Virus record (IMG/VR): IMGVR_UViG_3300020045_004402
Coordinates: 1-41,459 of that record
Reading direction: 5' to 3' (one strand)
Source of the DNA: a virus
Lineage: Duplodnaviria; Caudoviricetes
DNA: 41,459 nt
The translations under genes were made by a program, and so were the position numbers. Positions 9,058 to 18,534 of the stretch are shown piece after piece (positions within the stretch are counted from its first letter, which is position 1; every line of letters begins with the position of its first letter). The notes under the pieces were generated by a model that did no database searches, had not been told where the DNA came from, and saw only the letters and a list, made by a program, of their open reading frames with translations.

Positions 9058-9373
9058 CTTAGACCCAGTTAAGACGGCGCATGAGGTTTATGACACATAC
9101 GACTATGCCTCATTCACCGTAGCTACGGCGACCACTAACTACGACTGTGAGGCGCAGCAGTCTACGTTGTGGCTTAACGTGCCAATAGCGACAGGTGTTA
9201 TCGTCTGGTCAGACCAAGACATCACAGTTAGGTTTAACAACACCACCATGCCAGCTATCAGCCATGAGGCTGTTTACTCTCCTCACGAGTGGTTTGATAA
9301 GCTGCAGGTGACGAACATCTACATCACAAACACATCAGGCAACACAGCAAACATAAGGATATTTCTTGTATGA
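9023..9373 (+). CDS. Small beta-rich putative virion protein
   Basis: 116-aa Thr/Val-rich ORF in the structural operon. Confidence 0.6.
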   Translation: MRARRSAVSVNSLDPVKTAHEVYDTYDYASFTVATATTNYDCEAQQSTLWLNVPIATGVIVWSDQDITVRFNNTTMPAISHEAVYSPHEWFDKLQVTNIYITNTSGNTANIRIFLV

Positions 9374-10185
9374 GCGAATTTACTGACTTAGTATCAGATA
9401 TGGAGAATTTAATAAAGCAAAAGCCTGTCATTCTTGCTGACATAGCCAATCTTCAAAGAAACAAACAAGCGTTGATAGCTGAGCTGGATGTTCTTGGCAA
9501 GTCTTTAGATTCAATTAAGACAGGAATTGAGATTGAAAGAGAAAAAGCTAAAAATGAAATAAAGACTTACAACGAGCATCAGGCTATTGTAATAAGAAAA
9601 GAAATTGACAGGCTAAATAAAGCAGCAGAAGCGACAAATGCGCTTATCAGCAAAAACATGATTGTCGAGGCTGAGCAAAGACAAAGAGAGAATGAGCTCA
9701 ATGCTTTACACTATAAGCTTGTTGAGCTTGAAAAGTCTCTAAACGAGAAAGATTCATCATTGAAGTCTTTACAAGTCGACTTAAATAAAAAACACGATGA
9801 TAGCACAATTAAGTTAAATAAAGTTGAAAGCCACATTAAAGAGATAAGAAGGCTTTTTATAGATAACGAACAGCTTAAAGTCGACTTAGAAAAGCAGATG
9901 GATTCTACAAAAGAGCAGTTAGCCGTTTTAAGCGATAAGAAAAATTCTTTGCTTCTTGAGCTAAGACAGTTTAACAATGAAAAGAGTGAGTTTGAAGCAT
10001 CAAAGTTAGAGGTTTTGACATTGAAGGAAAAGCTACATATAGAAATAGCAGATGCTGAAAAACAGAGGCTTTTTTTGGATAAGCGCAAGAAAGACCTCGA
10101 TGACAAGCAGCGAGCGTTAGAGGCGGAGAAGGCTGAACTTGCCTTTCAAAGCGCAAAGATAAGTGCGAAAGAAAAGAAGAAATGA
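9370..10185 (+). CDS. Long coiled-coil protein
   Basis: 271 aa rich in E/K/L with heptad pattern; ATGA overlaps at both ends. Confidence 0.75.
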   Translation: MSEFTDLVSDMENLIKQKPVILADIANLQRNKQALIAELDVLGKSLDSIKTGIEIEREKAKNEIKTYNEHQAIVIRKEIDRLNKAAEATNALISKNMIVEAEQRQRENELNALHYKLVELEKSLNEKDSSLKSLQVDLNKKHDDSTIKLNKVESHIKEIRRLFIDNEQLKVDLEKQMDSTKEQLAVLSDKKNSLLLELRQFNNEKSEFEASKLEVLTLKEKLHIEIADAEKQRLFLDKRKKDLDDKQRALEAEKAELAFQSAKISAKEKKK

Positions 10186-13100
10186 TTTTTAGGATTGCTG
10201 TTATATTTTTCTTCATGATGTCAAACTGCTGCTATGCACAGCGGGTGACGACACAGGGGATACTCATTAAAGAGTCAGATGGCTCACCTACAGGGCCACT
10301 TAGAGAGCTGACAACTACAAACGGCTCTCTTACAAACAATGGCGGAGGAAAGTTTGCTTTAAGCACCTCTGCTGGCAATGCCCCATCCGACGCCACCTAC
10401 ATCACCCAAATCCCTAATGCTACTCTCACAGCAGAACAAGCTCTTTCTGCCTTAGCCTCAGGCGTTCTCTCCTCTACCACCACAACAGGCGTTGTAGCCT
10501 CTACAGCCTTTACAGCAGGGTCAATCCCTTTTGGAGATGGAGCTAAGCTCACACAAGACAACGCCAACCTATTCTGGGACGACACTAACAACCGTCTTGG
10601 AATTGGTACGGTTTCTCCATCGACTTCTTTGCATACTGCGGGAGGGTGGCAGATAGACGGTACAGGGACTAACAAAGTTAGATTCCTTACAGGAAGTGCC
10701 TCAACAGCAGACCGATTGGATATTTATTCGCAAACTACTAATCTTGGGATTGGATTTCAGCTTATTCCTAACGGGACTTCTACTGTCTCTAAATTAGCTC
10801 TTGCAAACACAAACTCTAATTCTGTTTTTGGCTCTGCTTTTTTCGGAGTAAATGGAACATCGGCTTACATTGCACCTCAAACTGTCGGGGGCGGAAGTGC
10901 GGTTACTGATTTAATCTTTGGAGCTGATGTGGGGGTGGGTGGGTTAGCAGGTTCTAATTGGACATCTGTGCAATTTGCTGCAACAGCATTGATTTTGCAA
11001 ACGAATAGTTATATTAAATTAAATAACACAGCAGACATTCGTGGAACTGAAAGTGAAAGCGAGTATTATTCTCTTAAAGCATATAAAACTAACGATGAGA
11101 CATGGAAAGAACTAATTCGTGTTACAGCTGGAAGTTTTGACAATAATTATCCAGACAATACAGGTTCTCTAAAATTTTATAACCGAGCAGATTTTTCAGA
11201 AGCGATGAACATTCGCCTGCCAGATAGCACAATAGCTGGGGCTGCATCAAATGGCGAATACGGAGCTATATATTTTAACAAGGATTATTACGGAGTCGAT
11301 AAAGGAACCATTAAACTACACGACAGTGGAGAAATAAGAGATGTTATTGCTGTTCAAGCGCAGGCATCTCCCACAATAGGTCAAGCAGTTATTTTTAACG
11401 ACCAGTCGCAAGTAGCGTGGGGAAGCCCATACCTTCTGATTGGAAATCAGTATGAAATACCCTATGCCGCAGCCAGTGGCTTTGCCACATCAGAACAAAG
11501 TTTCAAGTGGCGCACAGATTTGAACAGACTGGTTTTAGGTATTGTAGGAAATCCAAGGGGTCTGATAATACAGAATAATTCCTCAGCTTTAAGTGATGAT
11601 GCAATGCAGAGAAGGGTTTTGTATATAGGTTTGGTAAACTCTTACAACACAGCCTCATCTGCTGCTTACTATGGCATACAAAATGAATCAAGTTTGGGTG
11701 CTGGATTAACAAATGTTTCATCCTATCTCCAATATGACAGTCAACCAGTGTTGGGGTCAAATATAACTGGAGCATTAAATCATTTTAGGCTTATTGAGGC
11801 TACAGGGGCGGGGACTACCCCAAGCTCTTACATGATTGAGGTTCGTAACGCCACTAAGGGAAGTACCCGAAACATAAACCTTTGGATGGGAACAGCAACT
11901 ACGCCGACAGGCAATTGGAACATTTTTGCTGATTCCACTTACCAAAATGCAATTGTTGGAAACATCATGTTCGGAAGTACGACTGCGCCTACAAGCAAAG
12001 TCCATCTCGGTGGGAACGAAACTAAGGCTGCTCCAACAACCACAGGAGCTTGGTTTGGTGTTTCAGCGGCAACTCTAACGGATAACTCAACTGCTGCATC
12101 TGGTACGGTAGCCACAGGGACTTTCTCGGCATTTGCTCAACCTACTTATGCTGCTTCGAATGTTTCGGTAACCGTAACTGATGCGGCGACTGTTTATATT
12201 GCTAATGCTCCGACGGCAGGAACGAACGTAACCATAACCAAACCATATTCATTGTGGGTAGATGCTGGAAAATCAAGATTTGATGGAATTGTTGACATAC
12301 GAGATAATTCTCCTCAACTCATAGGTACTACTGCCATTGGATATGACACTGTTATTTATCAATCGGGAACTGGTGGTGGTGGGCAGAATGTATTTAAGCG
12401 AGCTGATGGGACAGAGGCAGTACCAACTGACTTATTAAGTGGAATGTCCTTAGGTTCTTTTAGTTTTAGAGGTTATGTTAATGGCGGATTCTCTGGCAGC
12501 AAAGCGTATGTTACAGCTGTAGCAGAGGCTAACTGGTCAGCCACTTCAAACCCTACCAGGCTTGTTTTTTCTACTACAAAAACAGGAAGCACTACTCTTT
12601 CAGACAGGTTTACCATAGACAATGCTGGGTTAGTTGGCATAAATGTCACACCTACGGTGTATCTTGATGTTAAACCAGTTAACTACACTTCTCCAAGTGT
12701 TTTTTCCTATGATGGCGCTACGTTTACTGATAACACAAGTGCAGCCGCTACTTCCCGAGGTGCAACTTTTACCGTTCTATCCGACACAAACGATTATTTT
12801 TATGTAGGAAGCACTGAGACTTTCACAAACCTGAACTTTGATTTTTTTACCCTTGGAGTAAATATAACTCTTGTGAAGGAATATTCTAAAGGTGGCGGGA
12901 CATGGGGAACCCTGGCAGTTACCGATGGTACTTCAAACATGACCGCTGATGGGAACATTACTTGGACGGCACCAGCTGATTGGGCGACTGATACAGTAAA
13001 CGCGGTGGCTAGTAAATACTGGATTCGCTTATCTACTTCCTCAAACGCTACAACAATTCCATTGGCTTATGTGGCGTCAGCAGTTTCAGCGAACGCTCTA

Positions 13101-14468
13101 CAAGTCAAGTCTCAGACAGGCGATAGCTCAACACTTACTGTCACAAGACGAGGAACCATCTTGCTTGGTCAAGGCGCCGGCGAGGCAAGCTCAAGTAATT
13201 TTCTTTCTTGTTCAGCAACCCTAATTGACACCGCTGGTGGAGCGCAGATTGGTTCAAATTATCAGTTTACGCTTACCCCTACGGGAACTTCAGCAACCGA
13301 TTTTCGTTCACTCAATCTTGAAAACACAATGACTGGCGCTCAGAATTTTACAGGGGCAGGTTCTGTGGTCCAGGGGTCTTTTAACATCAACAGGTATAAC
13401 GCTACGGGAAACGCATCACTTCTCATAGGCGTATTTGGTGCTGGTTTCTGGCAAGGTGGTGGACAATCAAACTTTGGAACAGTTACTGATGCTATTGCTA
13501 TTAGAGCGCAGAGTGCTAACCAGTTTTCATCAGCCGCCACAGGGACAATAACCACTGCGACAGGTATTCAAATACAATCTCCAGGCCATACCGCCACTAC
13601 TGGTATGACCATGACCACCACCATTGGGCTTGATGTTCAGAACCAAGGTGTTTCAACTGCGCCACTTTCTACAAGCACTTATGGTGTTCGCATACAAGCA
13701 CAGTCAAACTCAACCAACAATACAAACCTTGTTATTGGAACAGCCGCAACTGGAACATGGAATATTTATAGCAATTCTACTAATGTAAGTTGGTTCGGTG
13801 GGAAAATAGGTATTGGAGCAACAGCGTTTACACCGACTAATATGTTATCTCTTAGCGGTCAAGTAGCTCAAACAATCTGGTCAGAACGCCACGCAACAGC
13901 CGATACAGCAGGGAATACCCTGACACTTCAAGCAGGTGGAGCTACTTCAGGAGCAACAGACAAGAATGGCGGGGACTTAATTCTTGCCCCAGGTCTTTCC
14001 ACTGGAACCGGTGTTGCTCAGGTCAGAGTCCAGGGGACGACTAAAGGAACTACTGGAACAGCGGATAATACTCTTGTCAATCGTATCATTGTCAACGGAA
14101 CAGTAAATCTTACGTCTGGGGTTGCCTCTACCGTTGCCACAGTTACAGCGGCAAAATTTCAAGGCAGTGGCGGTCATATTTTGTACTCGGTATTCGCTAC
14201 AGACGGAACTGATATAATTGAGGCATCTGGTCAGGTAGCTTTCTCAGTAGTTCGGGATACTACCGGTGCTTATATTAATACAACTAGCGTTCTTGGTACT
14301 GAGGCTCAAGCAAAGAGTGATGGGACGGATACCATCACGAACACCTGGGGAACTGCAGCCACAAACACAGTGCAAATCACAAGTACAATAACTGGGATGA
14401 CACCAACCACTTTTCAGATAATTTACACAGTTGTATCTAACAGTCGCCAGGCTGTAACAGCACCATAA
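10182..14468 (+). CDS. Large tail fibre/adhesin-like protein with N-terminal Sec signal peptide
   Basis: 1428 aa rich in T/G/S/A; fibre motifs NLFWDDTNNRLGIGTVSPSTSLH and GLVGINVTP; N-terminus MIFRIAVIFFFMMSNCCYA|Q. Confidence 0.7.
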   Translation: MIFRIAVIFFFMMSNCCYAQRVTTQGILIKESDGSPTGPLRELTTTNGSLTNNGGGKFALSTSAGNAPSDATYITQIPNATLTAEQALSALASGVLSSTTTTGVVASTAFTAGSIPFGDGAKLTQDNANLFWDDTNNRLGIGTVSPSTSLHTAGGWQIDGTGTNKVRFLTGSASTADRLDIYSQTTNLGIGFQLIPNGTSTVSKLALANTNSNSVFGSAFFGVNGTSAYIAPQTVGGGSAVTDLIFGADVGVGGLAGSNWTSVQFAATALILQTNSYIKLNNTADIRGTESESEYYSLKAYKTNDETWKELIRVTAGSFDNNYPDNTGSLKFYNRADFSEAMNIRLPDSTIAGAASNGEYGAIYFNKDYYGVDKGTIKLHDSGEIRDVIAVQAQASPTIGQAVIFNDQSQVAWGSPYLLIGNQYEIPYAAASGFATSEQSFKWRTDLNRLVLGIVGNPRGLIIQNNSSALSDDAMQRRVLYIGLVNSYNTASSAAYYGIQNESSLGAGLTNVSSYLQYDSQPVLGSNITGALNHFRLIEATGAGTTPSSYMIEVRNATKGSTRNINLWMGTATTPTGNWNIFADSTYQNAIVGNIMFGSTTAPTSKVHLGGNETKAAPTTTGAWFGVSAATLTDNSTAASGTVATGTFSAFAQPTYAASNVSVTVTDAATVYIANAPTAGTNVTITKPYSLWVDAGKSRFDGIVDIRDNSPQLIGTTAIGYDTVIYQSGTGGGGQNVFKRADGTEAVPTDLLSGMSLGSFSFRGYVNGGFSGSKAYVTAVAEANWSATSNPTRLVFSTTKTGSTTLSDRFTIDNAGLVGINVTPTVYLDVKPVNYTSPSVFSYDGATFTDNTSAAATSRGATFTVLSDTNDYFYVGSTETFTNLNFDFFTLGVNITLVKEYSKGGGTWGTLAVTDGTSNMTADGNITWTAPADWATDTVNAVASKYWIRLSTSSNATTIPLAYVASAVSANALQVKSQTGDSSTLTVTRRGTILLGQGAGEASSSNFLSCSATLIDTAGGAQIGSNYQFTLTPTGTSATDFRSLNLENTMTGAQNFTGAGSVVQGSFNINRYNATGNASLLIGVFGAGFWQGGGQSNFGTVTDAIAIRAQSANQFSSAATGTITTATGIQIQSPGHTATTGMTMTTTIGLDVQNQGVSTAPLSTSTYGVRIQAQSNSTNNTNLVIGTAATGTWNIYSNSTNVSWFGGKIGIGATAFTPTNMLSLSGQVAQTIWSERHATADTAGNTLTLQAGGATSGATDKNGGDLILAPGLSTGTGVAQVRVQGTTKGTTGTADNTLVNRIIVNGTVNLTSGVASTVATVTAAKFQGSGGHILYSVFATDGTDIIEASGQVAFSVVRDTTGAYINTTSVLGTEAQAKSDGTDTITNTWGTAATNTVQITSTITGMTPTTFQIIYTVVSNSRQAVTAP

Positions 14469-14477
14469 GGAGGGTCC

Positions 14478-14693
14478 ATGATTAAATACGTCAAGAACGC
14501 AGAAGGAACTATCAACGTAGTCGAATGTACCGAGCAAATCCTCGAAACCATCACCGTCGAGCAATTCAACGCTATGTTAGAAAAGGCTAAGGCTGATATT
14601 AAAGATGCTGAGAATTACAAGCAGAACTACGTAACAACCAAACAATCCTATGTCGATGTTTTGGAATCAGCCAAGACAGAGCTTGGGATATAG
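14478..14693 (+). CDS. Hypothetical protein (possible fibre chaperone)
   Basis: 71-aa ORF, SD aaggagg, after the fibre gene. Confidence 0.65.
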   Translation: MIKYVKNAEGTINVVECTEQILETITVEQFNAMLEKAKADIKDAENYKQNYVTTKQSYVDVLESAKTELGI

Positions 14694-14706
14694 AAAGGAG
14701 AAAGAA

Positions 14707-14952
14707 GTGAAAAAGTTATTCTTAATTATCGCTTTAATTTTTATGGCATCTTGCGCCTATGCCCAACAGGTTGACTTAACTAAGCAATCTGTCGCTGAGA
14801 TAAAAGCTATGATTTACGACCAAATGGTTTCACTGACAAACATCCAAAAAAACATTCAAATTTTGGAGGGAGAACTACAGAAGAGGCAAGTACCACCAGA
14901 AACTCAAGTAGAAGTAAAACCACCAGCCACTGTTGAGGAAGAGAAGAAATGA
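14707..14952 (+). CDS. Small secreted coiled-coil protein
   Basis: GTG start at 14707 with SD aaggag; signal MKKLFLIIALIFMASCAYA|QQ. Confidence 0.7.
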   Translation: MKKLFLIIALIFMASCAYAQQVDLTKQSVAEIKAMIYDQMVSLTNIQKNIQILEGELQKRQVPPETQVEVKPPATVEEEKK

Positions 14953-15218
14953 GTGACGGTTTAACCCTTGAGAAGATTAGGGTATCAGAACGCCTCACCA
15001 CTCTTGAAACCAAGGTAGATGGCATAGAGACAAAGATTGATACCATGTATAAGTGTCTTGTGGGAAACGGTGATGTTGGGCTAAGGACTAAGGTCGAACT
15101 CCTTGCCCAGAAGTCAAAAGAACAAGAGGAATCTCACAACAGAGTTTGGACTGCGGTGATTGGCACTGTTGTGGCTTTCGTTGGTAAGACTTTCTGGGAA
15201 ATCTTTAGAGGAAAGTAA
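14949..15218 (+). CDS. XhlA/holin-like protein (coiled coil plus C-terminal TM)
   Basis: ERLTTLETKVDGIE...GNG..GL..KV..L followed by a single TM (VWTAVIGTVVAFVG). Confidence 0.6.
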   Translation: MSDGLTLEKIRVSERLTTLETKVDGIETKIDTMYKCLVGNGDVGLRTKVELLAQKSKEQEESHNRVWTAVIGTVVAFVGKTFWEIFRGK

Positions 15219-15226
15219 CAAAGCTT

Positions 15227-15379
15227 ATGGAAAAACACATTCAGGAGCAGTTACTTGATGTCCTCACAAGCATCCAAGAGAGTGTTGATAAGATTGACAA
15301 GACTTATGTGGACAGGATTGAAGCCCTCAAGTACGACCTGAATTTAGCTATTGATATTGTAAAGCGTGAACTTGCATGA
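15227..15379 (+). CDS. 50-aa hypothetical protein; not in ORF track
   Basis: MEKHIQEQLLDVLTSIQESVDKIDK...RELA; ATGA-coupled to the next ORF. Confidence 0.55.
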   Translation: MEKHIQEQLLDVLTSIQESVDKIDKTYVDRIEALKYDLNLAIDIVKRELA

Positions 15380-15549
15380 GAGTATTAGGAAAAGAACATT
15401 GTCCTTTTCACCCAGCGTTAGAGCCAAGGTTCAAAGGCGTGAAGTTAAGTGGCGGCAATTATGTTAAGATATTCTGTTGTTCTGATAAAGATTGTTACCA
15501 CGAGTGGACTGTTGATGTGACAGAGAAGATGGCGGAGGATTATTTATGA
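15376..15549 (+). CDS. 57-aa zinc-ribbon protein (loosely Ogr/Delta-like); not in ORF track
   Basis: MRVLGKEHCPFH...IFCCSDKDCYHEW...; ATGA overlaps on both sides. Confidence 0.55.
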   Translation: MRVLGKEHCPFHPALEPRFKGVKLSGGNYVKIFCCSDKDCYHEWTVDVTEKMAEDYL

Positions 15550-15659
15550 AGTTATCTACCTACAAAAAGAAGAAGCGCAAAGCGCAGAAGAAAAAGAGCG
15601 GCTACGACATCAATCAGTTTTGGTGTTTTGGCGCAGTCTGTGCTAACCCTTCGAAATAG
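15546..15659 (+). CDS. 37-aa Lys-rich peptide; not in ORF track
   Basis: MKLSTYKKKKRKAQKKKSGYDINQFWCFGAVCANPSK; SD ggagg and ATGA overlap. Confidence 0.45.
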   Translation: MKLSTYKKKKRKAQKKKSGYDINQFWCFGAVCANPSK

Positions 15660-15667
15660 GAGAGAAT

Positions 15668-15907
15668 ATGATAGATAAAATCTTGGACAAAGTTTTAAGT
15701 GGGCGCTTCTTGGTTACAGTCTTAATGGCAGTTACCTATTGCAAGCTTGCGACATTTATGGTTACCAAGTTAGCCGATAAAATAACTGGAGACTTTGTTC
15801 TTGGATTTATTGGTGGCTTTAGCACTTCTTTCATACTCATTTTGCAGTGGTATTTCGATAAGGATAACAATTCAAACGGAGGCTCAGATGTTATTAAACC
15901 TGCTTAA
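15668..15907 (+). CDS. Putative holin (2 TM)
   Basis: 79 aa, LSGRFLVTV plus two hydrophobic helices ending WYF, charged tail. Confidence 0.55.
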   Translation: MIDKILDKVLSGRFLVTVLMAVTYCKLATFMVTKLADKITGDFVLGFIGGFSTSFILILQWYFDKDNNSNGGSDVIKPA

Positions 15908-16157
15908 AACTTTAGCTTCACGGTTCATTGTAGAATACAAGAAGGCTCTCTTGCTTATCGTCGTCAAAGACTTTTACGACCCGATTATTACTATCGTAGG
16001 CGGGCTTAAAGGCTCTACGATGATTGATGATGCTAAGAGGGATGCCGCTTTCAAGGAGATTAACGCTCTGGTGATAAAGAGCGGACAGTCGCTCAAAGAC
16101 AATGCTATTCATACAGCAATCAGCTTGGCAATCGATGTGTTAAAGGGAAGAGTATGA
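15888..16157 (+). CDS. Holin-associated protein (resembles the LL-H holin C-terminal domain)
   Basis: ATG 15888 with SD ggagg; AKRDAAFKEI...AISLAIDVLK pattern. Confidence 0.45.
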   Translation: MLLNLLKTLASRFIVEYKKALLLIVVKDFYDPIITIVGGLKGSTMIDDAKRDAAFKEINALVIKSGQSLKDNAIHTAISLAIDVLKGRV

Positions 16158-16345
16158 TAGAAGACGCTTTAAAGGCATTTAACTGGGTAACTGGCCGGAT
16201 AGATTCCGCTGCAAAGTGGATAAAGAAAAATGCGAGGAAAAATGAGATTAACAAGATTGATAACGCTGTTGACAGTGGTAATGATGTTGATATTGCCGCT
16301 CGGCTGCGCAAGCTCAAAAAGTCAACCGAAGATAGAAACGCCTGA
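16154..16345 (+). CDS. Small protein overlapped by a lipoprotein gene (Rz-like arrangement)
   Basis: 63 aa; the lipoprotein ORF starts inside it in another frame. Confidence 0.5.
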   Translation: MIEDALKAFNWVTGRIDSAAKWIKKNARKNEINKIDNAVDSGNDVDIAARLRKLKKSTEDRNA

Positions 16346-16457
16346 GAAGCCGATAGCTAAAAGTTTAAAACAAGGAGACGTGGCGACATTCAACTGTGTT
16401 TGCGTTGACCCTGAATATATTAAACTTTTATTGAAAGAATCGACAAGGACACCATGA
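16242..16457 (+). CDS. Lipoprotein, possible o-spanin (Rz1-like)
   Basis: MRLTRLITLLTVVMMLILPLG|C lipobox; Pro-containing mature part; lies in the lysis-like cluster. Confidence 0.6.
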   Translation: MRLTRLITLLTVVMMLILPLGCASSKSQPKIETPEKPIAKSLKQGDVATFNCVCVDPEYIKLLLKESTRTP

Positions 16458-16609
16458 GTTATCCTAAGCGTTTTTCAATAATTCTTTTAATATTTTTTGT
16501 ATGGAATTGTATGCTCACCTTTTTTGTCTTTAAGATATTCGGAAATATCGCCTTGCTGGCGAAGGCGGTGTTGTTGATTAAAGAATTGCTTCCTGGGACG
16601 TGGTTATGA
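16454..16609 (+). CDS. 51-aa membrane protein; not in ORF track
   Basis: MSYPKRFSIILLIFFVWNCMLTFFVFKIFGNIALLAKAVLLIKELLPGTWL; ATGA overlaps on both sides. Confidence 0.55.
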   Translation: MSYPKRFSIILLIFFVWNCMLTFFVFKIFGNIALLAKAVLLIKELLPGTWL

Positions 16610-17085
16610 GTGAATATGTGATAGGCTTTCAGGCAGTAGGTGCTTTGGTTGGACTTGTTATCGCAAGCGCTCTTTACATGATTGGCGGGCGTTCAAATAA
16701 AATTATCCGGCGATTAGGCGCAGCATTTGTATTGACTGCCACAGTAAACATCCTTTGCGCTATCCGTGGGATATGGCAGCCTTTAATGTTGGCTGTTCTT
16801 CCTTTACAATTCGCAGGGATGTCGCTTGGGTATGGCGCTGACATAACTTGGTGGAAAGTTATTAGACGTTCAGTTTATGCTTCGGCTATTTGTATGTCAG
16901 GGCTTTTGATGTGCTTTATTCTCGGTGGAAATGCATGGATGATACTACCATTGCATATTGGAGTGGCAGCATGGTCGATATGGTTAGCGGTGAAGAACCC
17001 CTTGCCTGCTGCGGCCGAAGAGACATTCGTTTGCGCTTTACTTAACACGGGCTTGATGATGTATCCGTTCACAGGAGGAGTTTAA
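16606..17085 (+). CDS. Polytopic membrane protein of unknown function
   Basis: ~5 hydrophobic helices; ATG 16606 coupled to the upstream stop. Confidence 0.7.
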   Translation: MSEYVIGFQAVGALVGLVIASALYMIGGRSNKIIRRLGAAFVLTATVNILCAIRGIWQPLMLAVLPLQFAGMSLGYGADITWWKVIRRSVYASAICMSGLLMCFILGGNAWMILPLHIGVAAWSIWLAVKNPLPAAAEETFVCALLNTGLMMYPFTGGV

Positions 17086-17798
17086 TGGGACTTTACATAA
17101 ATTTAGCAAGTGTAGTTTCAATCGTCGCTGATTCTACAGGAGATGACACATCAGACGCTCAAGTGAAGATAAGAAGGCTTGTTAATGAGAAAGGGCCAGG
17201 CTTTTGCCTTATCACTAACTGGCCGTTCATGCGCTCTGATGTTTCCTTCTCTATCTCCTCAACAGCAAACAAGTATTCAGGGGCAAGTTACTTACCTGAA
17301 AACTTTAAGAGGGTAGTTGGCGCTCATTTAAAAGACTCAAATAATAAGTGGTATCCGTTGACAGAGGTTTCTATTAACGAAAGATACCAAAGGTGGATTA
17401 ACCCTAACAATGATAATCAAGGTCTGCCAGATGAGTTTTGTATTACTCGTCCTGAGAGTGGTTACTATGAGATTGAGTTTAATAGACTGCCAAGTGAGAC
17501 GTACACATTCGAGGCTGACATAGAGCTTAAGTGGACTCCAGCCACCTCAACAACAGCTAACCTCGTAATCACCGACGACTACATGGAGACATTTACTCAC
17601 TTTATAGCAACGGCGAGAGCACGGCAGCAGGGAGACTTGGAGCTTTACGGTATTTTAAAGTCTGAGTGGTGGAATCCAAGCGACTCTCAAGGCAGTATCT
17701 TAGGCAGAGCTTTGGCGAGTATTAAATCTCCTCTTAAAAGACAAGGAATGACACCTCTTGAGGCTGAGAGGCAATACAGAGACTACAATAATGTATAA
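17085..17798 (+). CDS. Head-tail adaptor / tail tubular protein A-like
   Basis: WPFMR, LPENFKRV and GLPDEF motifs typical of podovirus adaptors; precedes the nozzle gene. Confidence 0.65.
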   Translation: MGLYINLASVVSIVADSTGDDTSDAQVKIRRLVNEKGPGFCLITNWPFMRSDVSFSISSTANKYSGASYLPENFKRVVGAHLKDSNNKWYPLTEVSINERYQRWINPNNDNQGLPDEFCITRPESGYYEIEFNRLPSETYTFEADIELKWTPATSTTANLVITDDYMETFTHFIATARARQQGDLELYGILKSEWWNPSDSQGSILGRALASIKSPLKRQGMTPLEAERQYRDYNNV

Positions 17799-18534
17799 CA
17801 AACAAGTATATTGTAAATGTGGTTGTGGAAATTTGATAAGCATGTTCGATTCCAGAGGCAGGGAACGCTTTTATACTAAAGGACATTCAAATAAAATTAT
17901 TATTGAAAAAAATAATCTAATTCATTTGTATATTGAGCAAATGTTAAGCATGCAAAAAATACAAAAGATTCTTAATAGGCATCAATGTGTTATTGTTTAC
18001 AATCTTAAAAAACATGGGATAAAAATTAGAAAGCCGCATGAATATAATATTGGAGCTAAAAGGGAAAAATCAACTTGTCTTAAAATAAGTAAAGCAAATA
18101 AGGGTGTAAAAAAGAAATTTACGGAAGAATCAAGAGCGGCAATTTCAGAATGGCGGAGTAAGAATTATAAAGGCAATAAAAACCATTTTTATGGAAAAAA
18201 GCATACGCAGGAAACTAAAGATAAAATATCAAAAGCAAAAGTTGGCAAATGTGGTGGAGAGAATCATCCATTATGGCGCGGAGGAACATCCAAAGAACCT
18301 TATTCTTTTGATTTTAACAACGAACTTAAGGCATTAATCAGAAAGCGTGATAATCACAAGTGCCAAATGTGTAGTGCGCCGCAAGAAGAATACTCTAAAA
18401 CTTTCCATGTTCATCATAAGGACTATGATAAGAAAAATTCATCCCCAAATAACTTGATTACACTTTGTCCTTCTTGTCATTCTAAAACTGTGCATAAGCC
18501 AGAAATTTATAAGGAATATTTTAATGTTCAATAA
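17791..18534 (+). CDS. HNH homing endonuclease with NUMOD3 motif
   Basis: CKCGCG, NHFYGKKHTQETKDKIS (NUMOD3), RDNHKCQMC, HVHHKDYDKKNSSPNNLITLCPSCH; AT-rich; overlaps both tail genes. Confidence 0.9.
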   Translation: MYNKQVYCKCGCGNLISMFDSRGRERFYTKGHSNKIIIEKNNLIHLYIEQMLSMQKIQKILNRHQCVIVYNLKKHGIKIRKPHEYNIGAKREKSTCLKISKANKGVKKKFTEESRAAISEWRSKNYKGNKNHFYGKKHTQETKDKISKAKVGKCGGENHPLWRGGTSKEPYSFDFNNELKALIRKRDNHKCQMCSAPQEEYSKTFHVHHKDYDKKNSSPNNLITLCPSCHSKTVHKPEIYKEYFNVQ

